DNA from: Eledone cirrhosa
Lineage: Eukaryota
Assembly (NCBI GenBank): GCA_964016885.1
Contig: OZ024760.1
Coordinates: 30,380,001-30,444,000 of the forward strand
DNA: 64,000 nucleotides
Direction of reading: 5' to 3'
In this document: in pieces, positions 56,765 through 64,000 of the stretch
Layout of the letters: each line of letters starts with the position of its first letter
Position numbering within the stretch: the first letter of the stretch is position 1
Notes under the pieces: generated by a model
Told to the model about the DNA's origin: nothing
Database searches by the model: none
What the model saw: the letters and a program-made list of their open reading frames with translations, nothing else
Translations under genes and position numbers: made by a program

Positions 56765-59675
56765 GTGATGTAATGTAATGTAATGTAATGTTTAATGTAA
56801 TGTAATGTAATATGTAATGTAATGTAATGTAATGAAAATGTAATATAATGTGTAATGTAATGTGTAATGTAATGCAATGTGTAATGTAATGTAATGTAAT
56901 GTAATGTAATGTGTAATGTAATGTAATGTAATGTAATGTAATGTAATGTAATGTTTAATGTAATGTAACGTAATGTAATGTAATGTAATGTTTAATGTAA
57001 TGTAATGTAACGTAACGTAATGTAATGTAATGTAATGTAATGTAATGTAATGTAATGTAATATAATGAAGTGTAATGTAATGTAATGAAATGTAATGTAA
57101 TGTGTAATGTAATGTAGTGTAGTGTAATGTAATGAAATGTAATGTAATGTAATGTAATGTAATGTAATGTAATGTAATGTAATGTAATGTAATGTAATGT
57201 AATGTGATGTAATGTAACGTGTAATGTAATGTAATGTAATGTGAAATGTAATGTAATGTAATGTAATATGTAATGTAATGTAATGTTTAATGTAATTTAA
57301 TGTAATGTAATGTAACGTGTAATATAATGTAAAGTAATGTAATGTAATGTAATATAATGTAATATAATGTAATGTCTAAAGTAATGTAATGTAATGTAAT
57401 GTAATGCAATGTGTAATGTAATGTAATGTAATGTAATGTAATGTAATGTAATGTGTAATGTAATGTAATGTAATATAATGTTTAATGTAATGTAACGTAA
57501 TGTAATGTAATGTAATGTGTAATGTAATGTAATGTAATGTAATGTAATGTAATGTGTAATGTAATGTAATGTAATGTAATGTGTAATGTAATGTAATGTA
57601 ATGTGTAATGTGTAATGTGTAATGTGTAATGTAATTTAATGTAATGTAATGTAATGTAATGTAACGTAACGTAATGTAATGTAATGTAATGTAATATAAT
57701 GTAATATAATGTAATGTATAATGTAATGTAATGTAATGTAATGCAATGTGTAATGTAATGTAATGTAATGTAATGTAATGTAATGTAATGTGTAATGTAA
57801 TGTAATGTAATGTGTAATGTAATGTAATGTAAAGTGTAATGTAATGTAGTGTAATGTAATGTAACTTAATGTAATGTCATGTGTAATGTAATGTAATGTA
57901 ATGTAACGTGTAATGTAATGTAATGTAATGTGTAATGTAATGTAATGTAATAAAATGTTTAATGTAATGTAACGTAATGTAATGTAATGTAATGTAATGT
58001 AATGTAATGTAATGTGCAATGTAATGTAATGTAATGTAATGTAATGTGTAATGTAATGTAATGTAATGTAATGTAATGTAATGTGTAATGTGTAATGTAA
58101 TTTAATGAAATGTAATGTAATGTAATGTAATGTAATGTAATGTAATGTAATGTAACGTAATGTAATGTAATGTAATGTGTAATGTAATGTAATGTAATGT
58201 AATGTAATGTAATGTAATGTGTAATATAATGTAATGTAATGTAACGTAATATAACGTGTAATGTAATGTAATGTAATGTAATGTAATGTTATGTAATGTA
58301 ATGTAATGTAATGTAATGTAATGTGTAATGTAATGTAATGTAATGTAATGTAATGTAATGTGTAATGTAATGTAATGTGTAATGTAATGTGTAATGTAAT
58401 GTAACGTAATGTAATGTAATGTAATGTAATGTAATATGTAATGTAATGTAATGTAATGTAATTTAATGTAATGTCTAATGTAATGTAATGTAATGTAATG
58501 TAATGTAATGTGTAATGTAATGTAATGTTAAGTAATGTAATGTGTAATGTAATGCAATGTAATATAATGTAATGTGTCATGTAGTGTAACGTAATGTAAT
58601 GTAATGTAATGTAATATGTAATGTAATGTAATGTGTAATGTAATGTAATGTAATGTAATGTGTAATGTAATGTAATGTAATGTAATGTAATGTAATGTAA
58701 TGTGTAATGTAATGTAATGTAATGTAATGTGTAATGTAATGTAATGTGTAACGTAACGTAATGTAATGTAATGTAATGTAATGTAATGTAATGTAATGTA
58801 ATGTAATGTAATGTAATGTGTAATGTAATGTAATGTAATGTAATGCAATGTGTAAGGTAATGTAATGTAATGTAATGTAATGTAATGTAAGGTAATGTGT
58901 AATGTGTACTGTAATGTAATGTAAAGTAATGTAATGTGTAGTGTAATGTAATTTAATGTAATGTAGCGTAATGTGTAATGTAGTGTAATGTAATATAATG
59001 TTTAATGTAAAGTAACGTAATGTAATGTAATGTAATGTGTAATGTAATGTAATGTAATGTGTAATGTAATGTAATGTAATGTAATGTAATGTAATGTGTA
59101 ATGTGTAATGTAATGTAATGTAATGTAATGTAATGTTATGTAATGTAATGTAGTGTAATGTAATGTAATGCAACGTAATATAATGTAATGTAATGTAATG
59201 TAATGTGTAATGTAATGTAATGTAATGTGTAATGTAATGTAATGTAATGTGTAATGTAATGTAATGTAATGTGTAATGTAATGTAATGTAATGTGTAATG
59301 TAATGTAATGTGTAATGTAATGTAATGTTATGTAATGTAATGTATAATGTAATGTAATGTAATGTAATGTAATGTAATGTGTAATGTAATGTAATGTAGT
59401 GTAATGTATAATGTAATGTAATGTGTAATGTAATGTAATGTAATGTGTAATGTAATGTAATGTAATGTAATGTAATGTGCAATGTAATGTAATGTAATGT
59501 AATGTGTAATGTAATGTAATGTATAATGTAATGTAATGTAATGTACTGTGTAATGTAATGTAATGTAATGTAATGTGTAATGTAATGTAATGTAATGTAA
59601 TGTAATGTAATGTAATGTGTAATGTAATGTAATGTAATGTAATGTGTAATGTAATGTATCGTAATGTAATGTAAT

Positions 59676-59863
59676 TGTTTCTAATTTAGGCACAAGGTCA
59701 GCAATTACCCTGTGCATTACTGGTACTTTATTTTATCGACCCCGTAAGGATGAAAAGCAAAGTCAACCTCGGTGGGATTTGAACTCAGATCGTAAAGGGA
59801 CGTAACTATGCTGGAAAGCATGGCGTCCGACCCTCTACCGATACTGCCAATCCACCGCCGTTT
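59676..59863 (-). mobile_element. tRNA-derived SINE copy 17 (H5)
   Basis: Reads identical to copy 16, including flanks. Confidence 0.85.
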
Positions 59864-62800
59864 GTGATGTAATGTAATGTAATGTAATGTTTAATGTAAT
59901 GTAATGTAATATGTAATGTAATGTAATGTAATGAAAATGTAATATAATGTGTAATGTAATGTGTAATGTAATGCAATGTGTAATGTAATGTAATGTAATG
60001 TAATGTAATGTGTAATGTAATGTAATGTAATGTAATGTAATGTAATGTAATGTAATGTAATGTTTAATGTAATGTAACGTAATGTAATGTAATGTAATGT
60101 TTAATGTAATGTAATGTAACGTAACGTAATGTAATGTAATGTAATGTAATGTAATGTAATGTAATGTAATATAATGAAGTGTAATGTAATGTAATGAAAT
60201 GTAATGTAATGTGTAATGTAATGTAGTGTAGTGTAATGTAATGAAATGTAATGTAATGTAATGTAATGTAATGTAATGTAATGTAATGTAATGTAATGTA
60301 ACGTAATGTAATGTAATGTGATGTAATGTAACGTGTAATGTAATGTAATGTAATGTGAAATGTAATGTAATGTAATGTAATATGTAATGTAATGTAATGT
60401 TTAATGTAATTTAATGTAATGTAATGTAACGTGTAATATAATGTAAAGTAATGTAATGTAATGTAATATAATGTAATATAATGTAATGTCTAAAGTAATG
60501 TAATGTAATGTAATGTAATGCAATGTGTAATGTAATGTAATGTAATGTAATGTAATGTAATGTAATGTGTAATGTAATGTAATGTAATATAATGTTTAAT
60601 GTAATGTAACGTAATGTAATGTAATGTAATGTGTAATGTAATGTAATGTAATGTAATGTAATGTAATGTAATGTGTAATGTAATGTAATGTAATGTAATG
60701 TGTAATGTAATGTAATGTAATGTGTAATGTGTAATGTGTAATGTGTAATGTAATTTAATGTAATGTAATGTAATGTAATGTAACGTAACGTAATGTAATG
60801 TAATGTAATGTAATGTAATGTAATGTAATGTAATGTAATGTAATGTGTAATGTAATGTAATGTAATGTAACGTAATATAACGTGTAATGTAATGTAATGT
60901 AATGTAATGTAATGTTATGTAATGTAATGTAATGTAATGTAATGTAATGTGTAATGTAATGTAATGTAATGTAATGTAATGTAATGTGTAATGTAATGTA
61001 ATGTGTAATGTAATGTGTAATGTAATGTAACGTAATGTAATGTAATGTAATGTAATGTAATATGTAATGTAATGTAATGTAATGTAATTTAATGTAATGT
61101 CTAATGTAATGTAATGTAATGTAATGTAATGTAATGTGTAATGTAATGTAATGTTAAGTAATGTAATGTGTAATGTAATGCAATGTAATATAATGTAATG
61201 TGTCATGTAGTGTAACGTAATGTAATGTAATGTAATGTAATATGTAATGTAATGTAATGTGTAATGTAATGTAATGTAATGTAATGTGTAATGTAATGTA
61301 ATGTAATGTAATGTAATGTAATGTAATGTGTAATGTAATGTAATGTAATGTAATGTGTAATGTAATGTAATGTGTAACGTAACGTAATGTAATGTAATGT
61401 AATGTAATGTAATGTAATGTAATGTAATGTAATGTAATGTAATGTGTAATGTAATGTAATGTAATGTAATGTAATGTGTAATGTAATGTAATGTAATCTA
61501 ATGTAATGTGTAATGTAATGTAATGTAATGTAATGTAATGTAATGTAATGTAATGTAATGTAATGTGTAACGTAATGTAATGTAATGTAATGTAACGTAA
61601 TGTAATGTAATGTAATGTAATGTAATGTGTAATGTAATGTAATGTAATGTAATGTAATGTAAAGTAATGTAATGAAATGTAATGTGTAATGTGTAATGCA
61701 ATGCAATGTAATGTAATGTAATGTAATGTAATGTAATGTAATGTAATGTAATGTAATGTAATGTAATGTAATGTGTAATGTAATGTAATGTAATGTAATG
61801 TAATGTAATGTAATGCAATGCAATGTAATGTAATGTAATGTAATGTAATGTAATGTAATGTAATGTAATGTAATGTGTAATGTGTAATGTAATGTAATGT
61901 AATGTAATGTGTATTGTAATGTAATGTAATGTGTAATGTAATGTAATGTAATGTGTAATGTAATGTAATGTGTAATGTAATGTAATGTGTAATGTAATGT
62001 AATGTTATGTAATGTAATGTATAATGTAATGTAATGTAATGTAATGTGTAATGTAATGTAATGTTATGTAATGTAATGTATAATGTAATGTAATGTAATG
62101 TAATATGTAATGTAATGTAATGTGTAATGTAGTGTAATGTAATGTAATGTAATATGTAATGTAATGTAATGTAATGTAATGTGTAATGTAATGTAATGTA
62201 ATGTGATGTAACGTGCAATGTAATGTAATGTAATGTAATGTGTAATGTAATGTAATGTAATGTAATGTAATGCAATGTAATGTAATGTAATGTAATGTAA
62301 TGTAATGTAATGTAATGTAATGTAATGTAATGTAATGTGTAATGTAATGTAATGTAATATAATGTAATGTAATGTAATGTAATGTGTAATGTAATGTAAT
62401 GTAATGTAATGTGCAATGTAATGTGATGTAATGTAATGTGTAATGTAAAGTAATGTATAATGTAATGTAATGTAATGTGTAATGTAATGTAATGTAATGT
62501 AATGTGTAATGTAATGTAATGTAATGTGTAATGTAATGTAATGTAATGTAATGTGTAATGTAATGTAATGTAATGTAATGTAATGTAATGTAATGTAATG
62601 TGTAATGTAATGCAATGTAATGTAATGTAATGCAATGTAATGTAATGTAATGTAATGTAATGTAATGTAATGAAATGTGATGTGTAATGTGTAATGCAAT
62701 GTAATGTAACGTAATGTAATGTAATGTAATGTAATGTAATGTAATGTAATGTAATGTAATGTAATGTAATGTAATGTAATGTAATGTAATGTAATGTAAT

Positions 62801-64000
62801 GTAATGTAATGTAATGTAATGTAATGTAATGTAATATGTAATGTAATGTAATGTAATGTAATGTGTAATGTAATGTAATGTAATGTAATGTAATGTGTAA
62901 TGTAATGTAATGTAATGTAATGTAATGTGTAATGTAATGTAATGTAATGTAATGTGTAATGTAATGTAATGTAATGTAATGTAATGTGTAATGTAATGTA
63001 ATGTGTAATGTAATGTAATGTAATGTAATGTAATGTAATGTGTAATGTAATGTAATGTGTAATGTAATGTGTAATGTAATGTAACGTAATGTAATGTAAT
63101 GTAATGTAATGTAATATGTAATGTAATGTAATGTAATGTAATTTAATGTAATGTCTAATGTAATGTAATGTAATGTAATGTAATGTAATGTGTAATGTAA
63201 TGTAATGTTAAGTAATGTAATGTGTAATGTAATGCAATGTAATATAATGTAATGTGTCATGTAGTGTAACGTAATGTAATGTAATGTAATGTAATATGTA
63301 ATGTAATGTAATGTGTAATGTAATGTAATGTAATGTAATGTGTAATGTAATGTAATGTAATGTAATGTAATGTAATGTAATGTGTAATGTAATGTAATGT
63401 AATGTAATGTGTAATGTAATGTAATGTGTAACGTAACGTAATGTAATGTAATGTAATGTAATGTAATGTAATGTAATGTAATGTAATGTAATGTAATGTG
63501 TAATGTAATGTAATGTAATGTAATGTAATGTGTAATGTAATGTAATGTAATCTAATGTAATGTGTAATGTAATGTAATGTAATGTAATGTAATGTAATGT
63601 AATGTAATGTAATGTAATGTGTAACGTAATGTAATGTAATGTAATGTAACGTAATGTAATGTAATGTAATGTAATGTAATGTGTAATGTAATGTAATGTA
63701 ATGTAATGTAATGTAAAGTAATGTAATGAAATGTAATGTGTAATGTGTAATGCAATGCAATGTAATGTAATGTAATGTAATGTAATGTAATGTAATGTAA
63801 TGTAATGTAATGTAATGTAATGTAATGTGTAATGTAATGTAATGTAATGTAATGTAATGTAATGTAATGCAATGCAATGTAATGTAATGTAATGTAATGT
63901 AATGTAATGTAATGTAATGTAATGTAATGTGTAATGTGTAATGTAATGTAATGTAATGTAATGTGTATTGTAATGTAATGTAATGTGTAATGTAATGTAA

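Larger units (their letters stand above)
55720..60800. repeat. ~3.1-kb-offset duplication containing SINE copies 16 and 17 (ends approximate)
   Basis: SINE 56577/59676 (3099). The GTAGCGT, GTACTGT, GCAACGT, GAAGT and GTCTAAAG variant series recurs in the same order around both copies. Confidence 0.8.
1..64000. repeat. (AATGT)n / (CATTA)n pentanucleotide satellite array with variant units, extending past both window ends
   Basis: GTAAT units are read directly along the whole window. They are interrupted only by variant units (GTGTAAT, ATAAT, GCAAT, GTAAC, TTAAT, GAAAT, GTAGT, GTAAA) and by 17 copies of a 188-bp element. No strand switch was seen. Confidence 0.99.

Noticed and set aside
301-59863. 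CRISPR-like array of conserved repeats with variable spacers
   Set aside because: The repeat is 188 bp, the spacers are kb-long satellite rather than unique 25-45-bp sequences, and there are no cas genes.
301-59863. Seventeen independent targeted retrotranspositions into the satellite
   Set aside because: Identical length, orientation, junctions and linked flank variants point to duplication of a single insertion.
627-63877. About 100 minus-strand ORFs encoding (HYITL)n, up to 830 aa
   Set aside because: Three CATTA units give CAT TAC ATT ACA TTA, which has no stop in any frame, while the + strand is full of TAA. The ORFs overlap in all three frames, mostly start at TTG from GCAAT variants, and end at random variant units.
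1-64000. Telomeric repeat tract with telomere-specific retroelements
   Set aside because: AATGT is not TTAGGG/TTAGG-like and has no G-runs. The single TTAGG in the SINE is incidental. The inserts are non-coding and share one junction. The variant higher-order structure does not fit telomerase synthesis.

Overview
Eukaryotic heterochromatin-type window with no credible protein-coding gene. About 95% is an uninverted (AATGT)n/(CATTA)n pentamer satellite with recurrent variant units, mainly a GTGTAAT 7-mer plus point variants. Seventeen near-identical 188-bp copies of a tRNA-derived SINE interrupt it, all on the minus strand, 1.46-9.69 kb apart. Each copy has Pol III A- and B-box-like motifs. 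From memory the element resembles octopus (coleoid cephalopod) tRNA-SINEs; I could not verify this. All copies have the same junctions, so this looks like one SINE insertion amplified with its satellite flanks into a nested higher-order array (5 bp, 17-32 bp, 1.5-4.3 kb, ~16-20 kb). SINE SNP haplotypes and satellite variants record the duplication history. The HYITL-repeat ORFs are artefacts of the stop-free (CATTA)n strand. I found no novel gene system. The most interesting object is the SINE-punctuated satellite itself, a possible centromere-like or Pol III-transcribed array.
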